Source: Octopus vulgaris (taxonomy: Eukaryota). From it: a DNA stretch of 64,000 bases. The stretch lies in contig OX597822.1 in the NCBI GenBank assembly GCA_951406725.2, positions 8,370,001-8,434,000 on the forward strand, read 5' to 3'. Positions 26,241 through 40,186 of the stretch are shown here, in pieces (position 1 is the stretch's first letter; each line of letters begins with the position of its first letter). Below the pieces are notes generated by a model, which saw only the letters and a list, made by a program, of their open reading frames with translations, was not told where the DNA came from and searched no databases. Made by a program: the position numbers and the translations under genes.

Positions 26241-27793
26241 ATGCATGTATGCCTTGGTGTGTGCGTGTCATCACATTACAAATTTATGCTGATTGTGTTT
26301 AACAAATTTTCAAATTAAAAACTTTGCTTGATCATAATGAGATTCTAGGCGTTTTTCTCACCACTTTAGGTAATAGGAAACTGCATATTTCTATTGTAAA
26401 AATTAATTTTCAAGTTTCTGAAACATTAAAAATGCTCTTTTTCCGTTGCCTGATTTCGAAACCGTTCTCTAACTATCAATGCTGAAACGAACAGATACAT
26501 CAGTAGACGATTGCTCATTGCAAAAATATGGGGATTAATCAAAGTCCTAATATTTCAAAATCATTTTATTTCTGAATCCTCACCAGAAAATGGAAATCTG
26601 CCTGATATGATCTGTTTAATAACCATTATGATTTCAATGATTATTCCCAAATCCCTGGCGGTATTTTTGTATGCAGGAAATGTTCGCTCCGAATGTCGGA
26701 AGTGCTCAAAAATTCAGCTAAAAATTGTTGTTCTTGTTCTTGATGTTGTTGTTTTTGTCGCAGCTCTTTTTGTTGCATTGGTCTTGTGGACATTTCCGTT
26801 GTTTTTATGCAGTTAAGGTCGTCTTTTGAGAAATCCTTTGAGATTTCATCTCAACTGATGAAAATTTTTATCACGTTTGACTACTCTTTCAAAATGTGAT
26901 CACTTCGATTCTGTAAAAGCAGATTTCCTAACATTGATATTCATGGCTTGTAGTCACTCTCTGCCATACAACCGCATTGAAGTGATCGACATTTTTAGAA
27001 AACTTCATCCGTGTTATTGCATTTTCATATCTCATCTATGACTGTACAGGCAACTGTTACAGGATTTCAATATAAAATAGGAGAGGGTTCTTTGTGGCGA
27101 ATTTGGCGTTTATATAACGCCAAACCTTTTTACGTTGACGCTAAATAAGCTTCTTTGTTTCAAAATTTGAAATAATTTGCACAAATTTTGTGTGTTTATG
27201 TATATGTGAACAGTTAAGGTTTTTGCTTTTAAATATATTAAGAATAAAAGCAAAATATTGATGAATATCAAATCCTGCTATTTGAGTCAAATTTGATGTA
27301 AATTTCAAGTTGCCTCGCAGTACAAGACTTAGTAAATTGTTCTTCAAAACTTTTATCCCCACAGAGCATTCGGTAATTATTTGATCAGAATATCAACATT
27401 TTATCAACACAAATTTTCTCTTAGATCTTAACACATTGATAATTGTAGTAAATTTTCCAGACAACTAAGTACTTACCTTTAATCAAAATAGAAATTTAAA
27501 TCAGAAAATAAATTATTTACGAAATGTTTGCAATCAAAAATAGTGTATAACCTTTAATAAACTAGAAACAATAACAATTAAACTTACGTCGTTAACTTCA
27601 CACACACACAGACACGTACATACACACACATACACACACACACACTCACACACACACGCACACACATACACACACACACACACAAACACATATATATATA
27701 TAATATTAGGGAATAAATTATTCCAACCTTACAGGTAAAATTCAGTATAATAATATTAGACCGAATTTCGTAATATATAATATATAATATATG

Positions 27794-28113
27794 TATATAA
27801 CGAATATAGAGACGAACCACCATTCCACAACTCAGTCAATGAAGAACCCGTCCAAACCCATGCTGTGAGACATATACCATACAAAATACTAATCTAAAAT
27901 TTTAATAATATTGAACAGTAAAAATATTACAATCATATAATAATATATATTATATAATATATTATATCATATGATTGTAATAATGTTACTGTTCAATATT
28001 ATATATTATTAAAATTTCAGATTAGAATTCTGTATGAGATATGTCACACAGCATGGTTTGGGATGGGTTCTTCCTTGACTGAGTTGTGAAATGGTGGTTC
28101 GTCTCTAAATTAG

Positions 28114-28120
<7 letters not shown>
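27794..28120. repeat. Diverged ~325-bp palindrome (fold-back) adjoining (TA)n
   Basis: TAGAGACGAACCACCATT.CACAACTCAGTCAA.GAAGAACCC... is mirrored by ...GGGTTCTTCCTTGACTGAGTTGTGAAATGGTGGTTCGTCTCTA. Centre ~27950. Confidence 0.85.
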
Positions 28121-28147
<27 letters not shown>

Positions 28148-28245
28148 AATCTCTCAAAAGACAAAGAACAAAGACAAAAAGCAACGACACGAGGACGTGG
28201 TACATGTAAAGTATTAGCAGACGCTGAAGGAGGGAAAGAAAGGTG

Positions 28246-28280
28246 GTTTTATGTTTCGAGCATAGCTCTTCTTCAGAAAC
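28246..28280 (-). ncRNA. Minimal hammerhead motif (extra A after A9, one probable CpG-decay change) in a ~210-bp module at 28144-28355
   Basis: GUUU-CUGAAGA-A-GAGC uau GCUC-GAAA-C(A)UA-AAAC. Restoring G gives the palindromic ACGU stem III and a GUA triplet. The module abuts (TA)n. Confidence 0.65.
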
Positions 28281-28744
28281 TGGAGACAGAGGAAAGTCCA
28301 ATAGAAAATGAAGACGGAGGGGGAAAATCGCCAACGGTTCACATGCGGTTACCATTTACAATTATGTTGCTCTTGTTGTTATTTTTTCCACATGCTTTGT
28401 AACTAGTAGTTGGAAATGCTGAATAGAAAACCGTTTTCTCACTACTTATTTCTATCAACGAAATTCTTATCGATTCAGGAAGTTTAGTTTCATCGTTCTG
28501 TAGACTCTTATAATGTTACATGCTTTAGCACACAAAACTGCTAATATTCACCCACAATTCAAGGTAAGATTTGTTTTCTCATCTAGTGTCCATAACATGG
28601 TATGGAGCATGTGTACTTCTATGATATACTTCCAGTGAAATGCAATCCATATATCTTGCATTAATATACATCTGATCTTGAATTTGACCTAGTAATATTT
28701 TTCAGTATCAAATACAGGAAGTATTGCTTGTCGGATGATGATAT

Positions 28745-29028
28745 TTGTCCCTTGTAGTGAGAGAAAGACGGTTCTACAGTTTCGTTCAGGACACGCTGCA
28801 CAAATTTGTTTATAATAATCAAATAATCAAAATCACTCCATCAAATTGACGTTGCCTAAACAGGTGTACATTGTACAACACACCAGGTGTAAAATTGATC
28901 GCAGAGCAATATCAGTTGACATGTTTTGCTCATGATCACAACGCCGCGCACCGTCCTATCCAGGAATTGAAACAACGATCTCGTGATCGTGAGTGCATCT
29001 TTCTAGCCACTAGCCCGTGCGTCCTCAC
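28745..29028 (-). mobile_element. tRNA-derived SINE (family E), diverged
   Basis: The minus strand begins GTGAGGACGCACGGGCTAGTGGCTAGAAAG...CACGATCACGAGATCGTTGTTTCAATTCC (A/B boxes). Confidence 0.6.
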
Positions 29029-29052
29029 ATTTTTGGCATTATATATTTATAA

Positions 29053-29350
29053 GTGAAGGCACGTGGCTTAGTGGCTAGTGTATTCAGCTCCCGATCGTAA
29101 GGTAGTGAGTTCGATTCCCGTCGTGTCCTTCAGTAAAAGACTTTATTTAACGTTTCTCCAGCTCACTCAGCTAGCAAAAAGGAAATGTACCTGTGATTCA
29201 AAGAGTCGGCCTTATCACAATCTGTGTCACACTGAATCTCTCTGAGAGGTTCGTTAAGAGTATGCATGTGTATGGAGTACTCTGCAACTTGCATGTTATT
29301 TTCACGAGCCGGCTGTTCCGTTGATCAGAGTGCTATTTGTAACCCTCATC
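29053..29350 (+). mobile_element. tRNA-derived SINE (family D)
   Basis: GTGAAGGCACGTGGCTTAGTGGCTAG...GAGTTCGATTCCCG. The 3' half is shared with the SINE at 280-617. Confidence 0.7.
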
Positions 29351-29512
29351 AAATGCACATCAATGCTATGGTCTATAGTTAAAAATTTTCAATATTTTAC
29401 TTAAAATAAATTTTGGTATAAATTGCATTTTCCGATGATTAAAATAAATATACTCACTTAAAATACATAAGCTCAATCATTTCAGATTAATATTCCATGG
29501 AGTATAAGAATA

Positions 29513-29954
29513 TACGATGTCTGAGCAATAAGCATCCGGACTGTTACCATAGTAATGAAGCTAAAGGACGCGAAATAAATCCGCTAGAGAAAGGTAGACC
29601 ATAAACTAAGCTGTCCATGCACACTAAATATTAACGTTCTAGCCCAGTCGCGCTGGTTACAATAGTGCTTGGAAGGAAGATGTGTAGCATGTGATCGTCG
29701 CATTGACCATGACAGGGAAAGATGTCGTTGTGACACCTGCTCAGATGTCTGTGCAAATTACAGAAAGCATATGAAGAGGAGTGTATGAGCCACACACAAG
29801 TGCACGAGTGGTTCAGATGTTTTCAAGTTGGCCGAAACGACGTCGATATTAACAAAGGTTCTGGGAGAGCCTCAAGCAGCAGAACTGAGAAAAACATTGC
29901 AGATGTGGGTGCAGCGTTGAGGAGAAATTGTCGGATCGCCATCCGTGAGTTTTC
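29513..29954 (+). pseudogene. mariner relic: left TIR-like end and transposase N-terminus
   Basis: TA-CGATGTCTGAGCAATAAGCATCCGGACT end; LQKAYEEECMSHTQVHEWFRCFQVGRNDVD..KGSGRASSSRTEKNIADV...RRNCRIAIRE. Truncated at a SINE A fragment. Confidence 0.8.
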
Positions 29955-30124
29955 CTGTGTTTGTCCCCCTAGCATTGCTTGACAACCGATGCTGGTGTGT
30001 TTATGTCCCCGTCACTTAGCGGTTCGGCAAAAAGAGACCGATAGAATACGTACTAAAAGGTGGTGCTCCAGCATGGCCGCAGTCAAATGACTGAAACAAG
30101 TAAAAGAGTAAAAGAGTAAAGAGT
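29955..30124 (+). mobile_element. SINE family A, 3' half
   Basis: TTTGTCCCCCTAGCATTGCTTGACAACCGATGCTGG...CAGTCAAATGACTGAAACAAGTAAAAGAGTAAAAGAG. Confidence 0.85.
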
Positions 30125-30925
30125 ATATATATATATATATATATATATGCATAGATACATGCACACACACATAATTGTTAAAGAGGACAATAAACATTAA
30201 GGCAAGTCAAACATTTCGAGTTTATGTGTACATAGTATCTTTGTTTGACATATTTTGTAGATGCAATGTAGTAGCAACGGGCTTATTGTGAGGTGCATTA
30301 GTATACGACGTTGAATCTTCTGCATCGGGCTTCCAGCGGTCAGTCTGTCACGGATATGCAGTTGCAGTAATCAGTTCTACGATGGTTGATTGGAGGGAAA
30401 GATGAGGTAGTGCTGCTGGTAGTAGCTAGGATGGTATTAGGTGAATGGATCTTGCTATTGCTGCTTTTATTGTTGTCGTTTCTAGATCTATATGACCGTC
30501 ACCTTTATCATTATTATTACTATCGTCATTGTCGTTAATGCATCGCTGTTTTAATTATTACTATTATTTTCAATATTAGTAGTATTAGTAGTATTAGTAG
30601 TATTAGTAGTATTATTTGTAATAGTAGTAGTAGTAATAGCAGCAGCAGCAGCAGCAACGGTAGTATCATTGGTAGTAGTGTTAGTATTAGCGGTGGTAGA
30701 GCAGGTAGTATTAGTGATGTTATTACTGCGGCTATTAGTAGTTGCATTTTTGGTAGGAGTGTTAGTAATTTCAGTAATGGTAATATTGCCGTTGTATGTG
30801 TGTGTGTCAGTGTACATGTATGAGTGTGTATGTGTGTATATGCGGATTCTATTAACGGAGTAAACATTCACCATGCTTATTGGTGTAATTTTCCCGTATA
30901 CAACGGTTTCTTTTTTCATAGCGTT

Positions 30926-31000
30926 TTGTCTTAATAACTGATGAAATGCCGGAGCAGACTTTAGCCCCGGTATCAGAAACTCTCAGTTTTATTATGACAA
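30926..31000 (+). ncRNA. Type-I hammerhead ribozyme with canonical core, upstream of a PLE ORF start
   Basis: UUGUCUUAAUAA-CUGAUGA-a AUGCCGG...CCGGUAU ca-GAAA-C ucuca G-UU-UUAUUAUGACAA: stem I 11/12 bp, stem II at least 7 bp, GUU triplet. Confidence 0.75.
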
Positions 31001-31164
31001 CGAATTATTAGATATTATACTTATAGATAAATTCTTCTATTTTACATAATATCGAGGTCTCGTTTGTTCTTTTGTTGTCATGTGATTATTATTGGTAAAT
31101 TACCTTCTCTTGTTTTGAAAAATTGCCTTAAATCGGTTGAGGACTGCCCGCCTACAATATCGAT

Positions 31165-31560
31165 TATTCTATGAAAAATAGACATATACCATCCAGGGAA
31201 CTATACTCTAAGAAACTTTTGGAGAAAATTACGGACCTTATTAAGCGTAAGAGATGGAAAGCCTTCTTTTACAACATGGAAGAAGCTACTACAGAGAACA
31301 TATTTTATGGAATTAAAGCAAAGAAATTCCCTCCTAAAATCAAGGATTGAGAAGACTTCGAAACGACCTACTGAAGATTATAAACAAAATAAAATTTCGT
31401 AAGTCTTTTAACACTTTCCAACAGAAACTGAAAAATGACAGCAAATACATAAAAAAAGTTCCCAAAACGGCCCTTTTTCCTGATGAAGCCAAGAACCTTG
31501 TAGAAAACAGCACATACTCAAAGTTACCAGGAAGAAATTTTGTAAACCAATTTGATACTA
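31165..31560 (+). pseudogene. Penelope-like element ORF N-terminus (decayed)
   Basis: YSMKNRHIPSRELYSKKLLEKITDLIKRKRWKAFFYN...FYGIKAKKFPPKIKD*EDF / NDLLKIINKIKFRKSFNTFQQKLKND matches the PLE 'IKRMRWKAFF...YG.K....PP...FE.DL...IKFR' pattern. Confidence 0.8.
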
Positions 31561-33049
31561 TCTGTTATGTAATAGCATTCAAATGAAATACTCGATTGAT
31601 ATTCCGATCTGTCTTTGATGCTGTATTTCCAAGAAAGAACACATATTTCAAAATTGTACGAATTTCCAACATATCCATCTCTAAGCAAAGATAGTAAAAA
31701 ACGATTTAGGAATACTTTATAAAGAACAAAATGAGTTAGAATGAAGAAATAGATGTGCCAGCTTTCTAAGAAAAAATAAAAGTTGTCAAAATATAATAAT
31801 GGCGCAAATTGAGAAGCTGTCAATGTTTACCATATTACCTTTCTACAAATTTCATACTTGACCACCTAATAGATAGGTAGATAGAGAGATACATAAATAG
31901 ATTGATAGATAGATATACAGATCGATAGAACGACCAATCGATAGATACATAGATACAGTCAGAGAGATGAGAGAAGTTTTGAAGCATCGTGTTATAAGAA
32001 AATAAATGAAATATATGAGAATATTTCTTACAATAGGAAGTGAAAATTAATATTTTTTCAATTCCTTATATGCACGTGATTCAAACATCCATAGAGAAAT
32101 AATAAAAAAAGATGCATTGAAAACCATGGACAGTGTTTGACTATCAGCACTGCTCTGAAGTATATTCTATGTTTGGTTGTGTGTGTGTACATGTGTGTGT
32201 GTATGTGTGCTTGTGTGTTGTGTGTGTGTATGTGTGCTTGTGTGTTGTGTGTGATCTGTGTGTGGGGTTGGGGTTATCGCAATGGTCTTTACCCTTTTCA
32301 ACAAACCAAAGTGCCACAAATGTCAGATTTAATATCCGACTCTTTTCTAATATAGATTCTCTCTCGTTTTTTTCGCGAAAACCTGAACCCTGTATTAATA
32401 AGAGACACGCAAACAATAGGTATTCCAGTGCAGTGTTTTATATCTATACTAGAATTATCATAACCAGAGACGTGCATATCTATACTTGCCTATGAATATC
32501 TCTACGAATGCCATTCAATATTATTACTGAATTAACAGGAGAGATACTGAAATGATTTACCATATAAGAAGTGTATTAATAAATAAACAGTATATTAACA
32601 ACCAAGTATTAATACACGAACCGATATTTTTAGCGTTGAAGAGAATACGCTAAAAACTATTCTCGGATTAAACTGTCTCTTAACGAAAAGGATAAAAACG
32701 AATCACACCAAAGGAGAAATAGGAAAACCACGTAGACCATCACGAGTGTATATTGATTCCTATACACACATCAATAAACAGGTACATATATAACCAAAAA
32801 TATAGTCGTCACATGTTCATGAATGTGATATGATACCATAATGTCGTTAATTGTTATGTCACGAATAGAATTATCCAGCCTAAAAGCCTTGAGACCCTTA
32901 AACTACAGGAATATCCAAGGTGTAATAGGAGGAGGAAGGAACAGCAGCCCCAATACCCATTTTCAGCGCTGAAGACACTGGAGTAAGAGAAAATGAAATG
33001 CTTTACTCACACTCATTACATGATGTCTCATCTATTGGTATTAAAGTTT

Positions 33050-34440
33050 ATACAGGCCTGGTATTGGAAATAGAACTCGTACAAAAGAATAGAGAATAGA
33101 GTGGAGGCGGCTACAAGTACAGGTAGTGCTGTAAAACATTTTGTACCCAACTTGGATTGAAGCTCCATCAAACCAAGTGTTTGAAGAAATCAAAACAATC
33201 TAAACCTCAAACACGAAATAAATCCTCCCTGGAGTCAAACCATAGTGAATTGATAAATGCTTCTGCTGAAGCTCTTTCCAAAACTTTCGGTCAAGTAACC
33301 TCTTCTGCAGATGAGACAACGAAGAAATTAAAGCTTATTTGGCCAGTTAAAAAACTTAGGAAGACAAAGTATGCAAAATACTCCATAAAATGAAGGCGTC
33401 ACATTGGACTAGTGGAACATGCTTGCAGACACAATCTGCGAAAGAAGTGTTAAATTATTTACAATAAAGGACGGTGGGAAAAGAAACTATTTGCTAAACC
33501 CAGCGAAAATAGGCGAAAAAGTAAGATAAAACAGTTAAGAAGTGAGATGGAGATGTGCTCGTCCTGGAAATAACTCAGATGCGAGGAGGAAGAGGGTTTT
33601 TTTTTTGTGTGTCTTGTATGAAGATCTAAAGAAAAGTGTAATAACATGAGACAAAATCAAGATTCCAATTTCTGCGCGATGATTTCTGCAACAAGAATTA
33701 GAGAAATTCCCGAGGAAGACAGGAATGAAGAATGTATCAAAATGTGATGAAGTACCATATAAAGTGTACAAGTATCAAAATCAAGTACGTTATAATCTTT
33801 GCACACTCTTTAGAGGGGTGTGTCGTAAAGACGTACTGGTTGATGACTGGTGAAAGTGGAAGGATTGTACTTACCAAAGGAAGCTGAAGCAGAACTGATT
33901 GCCCAACTTCGATCCTGAATGTAAGTCATAGACCGAAGATGATTGAAGTTTTAAAGAACTTCTATGACAACTTCAAAATGTGACTCACGACGGACTGGCA
34001 CCATCTAAAATTTAGAATTGCTTCGGGTCATCTGGTTTGTGTTTGTTACAGAGAAGCTATTTTGATCAACAGATATCTCAGAAGAAAACTAAAAATGAAA
34101 TTACCTAATAAGACTTGTATTATCGACATACAAATACTAGTAAGAGACCAAATGCCAATGAAAATATTTCTGGATAGACTGGATGAACTTAAAACCTGGT
34201 CAATAATGCGAATAAGGCATTCTGACTTTTGTGAAAGGTTGGCAGAAACAATTGCCTTTCAATATAGAAGGGGAAACCATACCAACAGTTAAAGACACAC
34301 TCGTAAAAAACTTAGATCGATGATATGCTAACTCATTGTATGGTAAATGTAGGGGCATTGAAATCATAGCAGTAACCGAGAATGGGCTGAAAGCCACAGA
34401 CCGGTCAAAACTGCCGGGCAAACACAAGACCTAGTCTCTA
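33050..34440 (+). pseudogene. Heavily decayed R2-superfamily (Hero-like) non-LTR retrotransposon
   Basis: Translated patches LDRLDELKTWS.MR and FNIEGETIPTVKDTLVKNLDR*YANSL...GIEI...ENGLKATDRSKLPGKHK resemble the Hero RT C-terminal 'IPTV.E.PVKSLG.WY...GL..ID.S.LPGK.K' pattern. Confidence 0.55.
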
Positions 34441-35171
34441 TGATGAAACTATAAGATTTTCATGAGTGGTATATGCATGTCCCTGGAAAGTAAAGAGTAT
34501 TGAATATAAAATACAGGCTATAGGTCCTGATACGAAATATTAAGACAAAATTAAAATGCAATCAGTGAGAAAGTTTTAGCTGTAATGTATATATAACTTT
34601 TAAGAGAAATATCATGCAACGAGGTTTTGAGAAGACATTCTTTAAACTAATACTGTTATGAATGAAACATACTAATTTAATAAACAAAATACCAATTTAA
34701 TAAACAGATAAATTGTATGGGAAACAATAATACCAATGGAAAATCGTGTATAGAAGTAAGGACATATAAAAACATATTTTAAATAATTCGGTGTTATCTG
34801 ATATTCCAAGTGTATTGAGGAAATATAAAGAAACCTAGAATATGTGCGTGATAGTATGCGAGAAGTGAAATTTATTATGGTGTTATCAAATATGGAGATT
34901 CATACTGAGTTAGATGATGCATGAATGCGTGCTTAGTTTGTAGAATTCCAGATCGTAAACACAAACACAACGGAGACTTGGACAGAATTCATAGGTTTTC
35001 ACATAGAACAATTGTTAATCCACGCTGAATATACGGTCGTTTTTCTCTGTAACAATCGAGAAATATCCTGATAAACTCTAACCTTGTTATATAAATTAGA
35101 GATGATACGTTCCAAAATAATACTCCTTCAATCTAACGTATGATAGGGACCTTCACATATGTTGGTATATA

Positions 35172-35241
<70 letters not shown>

Positions 35242-35303
35242 CGTGTAAGTATGTGCGTTTGTTTGTGCAAGTATGTTTATGTGAATATGTATACACACAC
35301 ACG

Positions 35304-35367
<64 letters not shown>

Positions 35368-35476
35368 TATATACCTATATACATATGTGTATGAGTCTGT
35401 GTGCGCGCGTGCGTATGTGTGTATACAGAGATAGTGAGATAGAAAAACAGATATATATATATATAGAGAGAGAGAG

Positions 35477-35535
<59 letters not shown>

Positions 35536-35924
35536 CAATCAGACAGACAGATTGGTATGTAAATGAAATTAATTATTTTAAAGCTATGCAGGAGAAAGCG
35601 TGAGCAGTCAGAGTTTTTCAATATTTCAATATGTTGTTTTAAAAGTGACGATGTAAAGTTGAAGCTGGGATTCCAGGGGACGCAGGCGTTGAGGATGAGA
35701 AAATGTGCAAAGAAGATAAGGCCGGTGGTTTATGTCTGCTGGAGGTATGAAAGCAGAAATATATGAGCAGCGGAAAACATTCAGTTGGGGGAAATTTCGT
35801 GCTCCGTCTAAGAAAGTAGCAGTTAGTTCGTGATATACATGTGTTTATAGGGCGGCGAGCGTTATTCACTTGGCGTTAATTATTTTCAATATTCACAGTC
35901 TGAAATTTCTAAAATATTTAAATA

Positions 35925-36089
35925 GGCGCAGGAGTGGCTGTGTGGTAAGAAGCTTACTTACCAACCACATGGTTCCGGGTTCAGTCCCACTGCGTGGCAC
36001 CTTGGGCAAGTGTCTTCTGCTATAGCCCCGGGCCGACCAATGCCTTGTGAGTGGATTTGGTAGACGGAAACTGAAAGAAGCCTGCCGTA

Positions 36090-36166
<77 letters not shown>

Positions 36167-36385
36167 TTGTGTGTCTGTGTTTGTCCCCCTAGCATTGCTT
36201 GACAACCGATGCTGGTGTGTTTACGTCCCTGTCACTTAGCGGTTCGGCAAAAGAGACGGATAGAATAAGCACTGGGCTTACAAAGAATAAGTCCCGGGGT
36301 CGATTTGCTCGATTCAAGGCGGTGCTCCAGCAAGGCCGCAGTCAAATGACTGAAACAAGTAAAAGAGTAAAAGAGTAAAAGAGTA
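35925..36385 (+). mobile_element. SINE family A, young full-length copy
   Basis: GGCGCAGGAGTGGCTGTGTGGTAAG...GGTTCCGGGTTCAGTCCC, internal (TA)n(TG)n, (GTAAAAGA)3 tail. Confidence 0.92.
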
Positions 36386-39300
36386 ATCACTCCTTAATAC
36401 TCCCCCTTTCTACCTTGTAACCAGGAAAAGAGTGTCATTACTATATAGATTAACTTTTAACTTAAAAAGCCAGAACTATATCTCGAATGTAAATGTCGAC
36501 AAGGTATTCGGCGTCCGTTGGCTTTCATTTGTTAAAGAACAATTATGAATATTTCGTAGGGTTTTGTGTTTTAAATTTCTTCGATCGGGATGAACATTTC
36601 TTGAAGCTTGTGCGTTATATTCCCAATATCGGTAATTGAACTAGAAAACAGTTGTAAATTTGTGGAAATTGGGAAAAAACAGAGAGTAAATAAAATATTT
36701 AAGCGAATTAACCTTACATATCATGAGTAGAAATATTAATGATTTTCCATCATCACAGAAAGGTTTGTTCGATTGACGGAAGCAGAATTTGCGAAACAAA
36801 TATTTTCACATTACGTTTATTTCATTAATACCGTGTACAAATACACACTTCAGAAAGAATTAGACTGAGAAACAAATGGTAGGTTACAGGATAAGTCAAC
36901 ATTACCAAAAAAGGCATTAAACTAATTGCTGAACGCTGTGAAATATTCATATTGTTGATATAATATACGAAGCAGAAATTTACGAAACACACATATTTTC
37001 AAATGGCCGTGCACACTCACACATACATTCGCATGTACGCATATAAGAATATATGTTTGACTATATTTACGTGAATGTGTGAATTAAATTTGTATCGCGT
37101 AGGTGCACACTCGATCGTTAATATAGATCCTCACTCTATGATATCCCATCGAAGATCTATTCCCATTGTAGAAAATATGTATAAACCTCGCATTCGTCCC
37201 AAGGGACAACAGTTGTGGTGATTCGGCGTAATTTCTTTCTCTATCAGTTGTAGTCATAACCGAAAGTTTCGAGGTGATGGAGACTCTAATATGTGGGAAA
37301 GATTGATATCTGAAGATTAAATCAATGTTGTCACATAAACAAGAAATTTAAAATGTTGAAGTCTGCATCAACTAGCAGTATATTAGTTGTTTTTATTTGT
37401 CATCAATAAGTGGTCTTCGTCCTCTGCCACGAAACTCTAGATCGATCAGATCCTTGTCGCGTTCGAATAATCATGAAATTGAAAAGAATGAATCCACTCA
37501 TAAATATAGATGGGCAAATATATATAAATATATTTGTGAGTGTGTATGCGTATGTGTGCATGTGTGTTTAGTTTTAAATATTGTATACAGCATCAGTTTT
37601 TCTCGTTGTGGTGGGGAAGCAGTCAAGTTTTAGAAAGTTGTATGAATACTAATTTGGAAACGGAATAAGAGAGAAAAATAGATGAAAGAATAATGAACCG
37701 CAAAGGAACGTCTTACATCCAATTACAAAATGTTTCACAACCGGCTATATCAAAAGCACAAAAATCTCCCAAAATTTTACCGCAGCTGCACAAATTCATA
37801 ATTGACGCAATCGAAGTCCTAAACAATTTTATGCAAATTCCTGAGCCCCAAATAAACTTTCAGTTGTAATATTAGCGGATTATATTCCTTTCATATAGAA
37901 ACGGACCATATAAAGATGAATATCTGCTTAGTTACCGCCTTGCATGTGAAGAAACCCACAAAATATACATCAAAATCTACACTCATATTTACAAAACTTA
38001 TTTTATTCCTCCACATTGAGTGAAGAAACGCCTGTTTTTTTATATTAAAGACCTTGAGGTTAACAAAGAATTAACCCACCATCTGAAATCTCTTTTGAAT
38101 TGTATGCTGTGTGTACACACTTCAACTTGAATGTTCTAATTCGAATATTTGGATTCTTAGCAGAATCATTCAGTTGTTCTTCCTAATCATTGTAGCGCAG
38201 CTTCAATCATTACTACGCAACCAGCGGAAATAGGATATTCACTCTGACGATACGATATTGCTTGAATTAAAATTCTAACTGCTTAGGCGTAGAACTCGTA
38301 ACATCTGGTGATTTGATCTTAGAGTCAGAGTCATTTTGGATGTAAAACTAACTTAACTAATGTGATTTTTAAAAAATGTTATTTCCTATTATTTTCTGAA
38401 GAACTACAGTTGAATAAAATTACAAGGAATTCGATTATTGTCACCTATTCGGCATTAACAGACGTTGTAAGTTTATTCAAATGTTACAAAGAAATCCGCT
38501 GTTCTGCATGAATTGACTTACCTTCTCCAACTACCTGGACTTGTGCAAATTGAGATAATTTCACACAGGATTCATAATTGTCAAGTGAAACTATTCTCTT
38601 TCTGTATTTCTACCATACACGTACGGAACAAGTAAATACGGCTTTTGCAATACAAAAGCCTCTAAATTAATCCTGATCGAAAATATGTAACTAAATTATT
38701 GAAGAGCATTCTCTGCTGGTGGCAACAGTTGATCAATCAAGGTTGCATGTCATTTGTAATGCCTTAGATGCATTTGATGGAAACTGCGCTAGCAATTATG
38801 GCAGTATGAATGATAGTTTGCCCCAGGATCTTGGAGTTTTGGATTTCTGATCTCATCTTTTATCGTCTTAAAACATTTAGTTAAAATCCTTTTATTCTTT
38901 ATAACACTTCCTTATACGTAACACCAACAAGCCAGCGCGTATTGTAGTGCAAGCTTTCATTTATGATTTCATTCACAATGCATGGCCAAATATCTTGCTC
39001 TTTCCTGGCAACCACTTGCTGAAACAGATGAAAGTTGTTTAGGAAGTATAATAGTCTCTTTTACATGAGTCGATCAATGATTACCACGTTTGAATATTTT
39101 TGCATCTTGTATTGCATGTCTTGTTTTGTATGCCCCTATTCGTATCACACATCTATAGATTTTAGCCAGGGACCACAGATTAATGAGCTATAAAATGTTC
39201 AAGTTCCATTGCATAGACTGTTCACGTTTCTATGATAGCTGTTCACATCAATTTTCTTCATATGCAGATATGTGTGGTGTGTTTGTGAATGTGTGCATGT

Positions 39301-40186
39301 GTGCACATGTATGCTTTGTAAGTGTGTGCGTGTGTGCGTATATTTGTGTGCATGTGTGTGCATTTCAAGTTCAACATACATATTGGTTTGAATATTATTA
39401 GTAATATGTAGCCCAGTACAATCTGCTACATGGTTGTGTACTTGTTGGATAAGCTGATTGCCCAATCAAAAATGCTTATAGGGAGAAATTGGTAGACAGA
39501 AAGCAGGGCAAAATCATATCATAAAATGTATAATTCTCGCATTACCTAGTCATGGTCTATCCTACAATATTGCATGGAGACACAAGAATTACCCTGAGTT
39601 TCATATATAAGTTACACAATGGTGTACTAGAATCTCGCCAGTCATCACTTCGTATTCCCTATTAAATTATCCCCTTCAAAACTATTTTTAAAAAAAACCA
39701 TACTCCTTCCCCCGTATTTTTTGAGTGATTGTGTGGTGGGGGCTATATTACGAAGAGTATCAAATTGAATGATTTCTCGAAAATATTGAGATAATCCCGA
39801 TTTTTCTCCCTTGAATATACTGTATAACAGGATTAATGTCCAGGATTCATTAAAATTAGGAAGAGAGACAAGATGATGATGAATTTTTGAAAAAGTGTGT
39901 TAATTATAATCACATCATTTTAGAGGAGAAAAGGATAGCTAACCATCAATAGGTCTCGGATAAAAGGCTTGGGGTTTAAATCCCGATCCATTTAAGCACA
40001 CTTTTCAGCTGTGTCACAATGATAAATGCATCCGCCAGGTTCCGGAGATATCTTGAAGTTGTAATGGAAAACGAAGGCAGCTACATTGAATAAATTGTTC
40101 TCTCCCTGCCATAAACTATTTGATAGTTTTTGATTGTCTGGATGGCATATTTTATATATATTTTTATATATTTTTATATTTTTATA

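Noticed and set aside
31348-31350. In-frame TGA in the PLE N-terminal fragment as possible selenocysteine
   Set aside because: It is not at a Cys-type position and lies next to a frameshift in a decayed copy, so it is an ordinary nonsense mutation.
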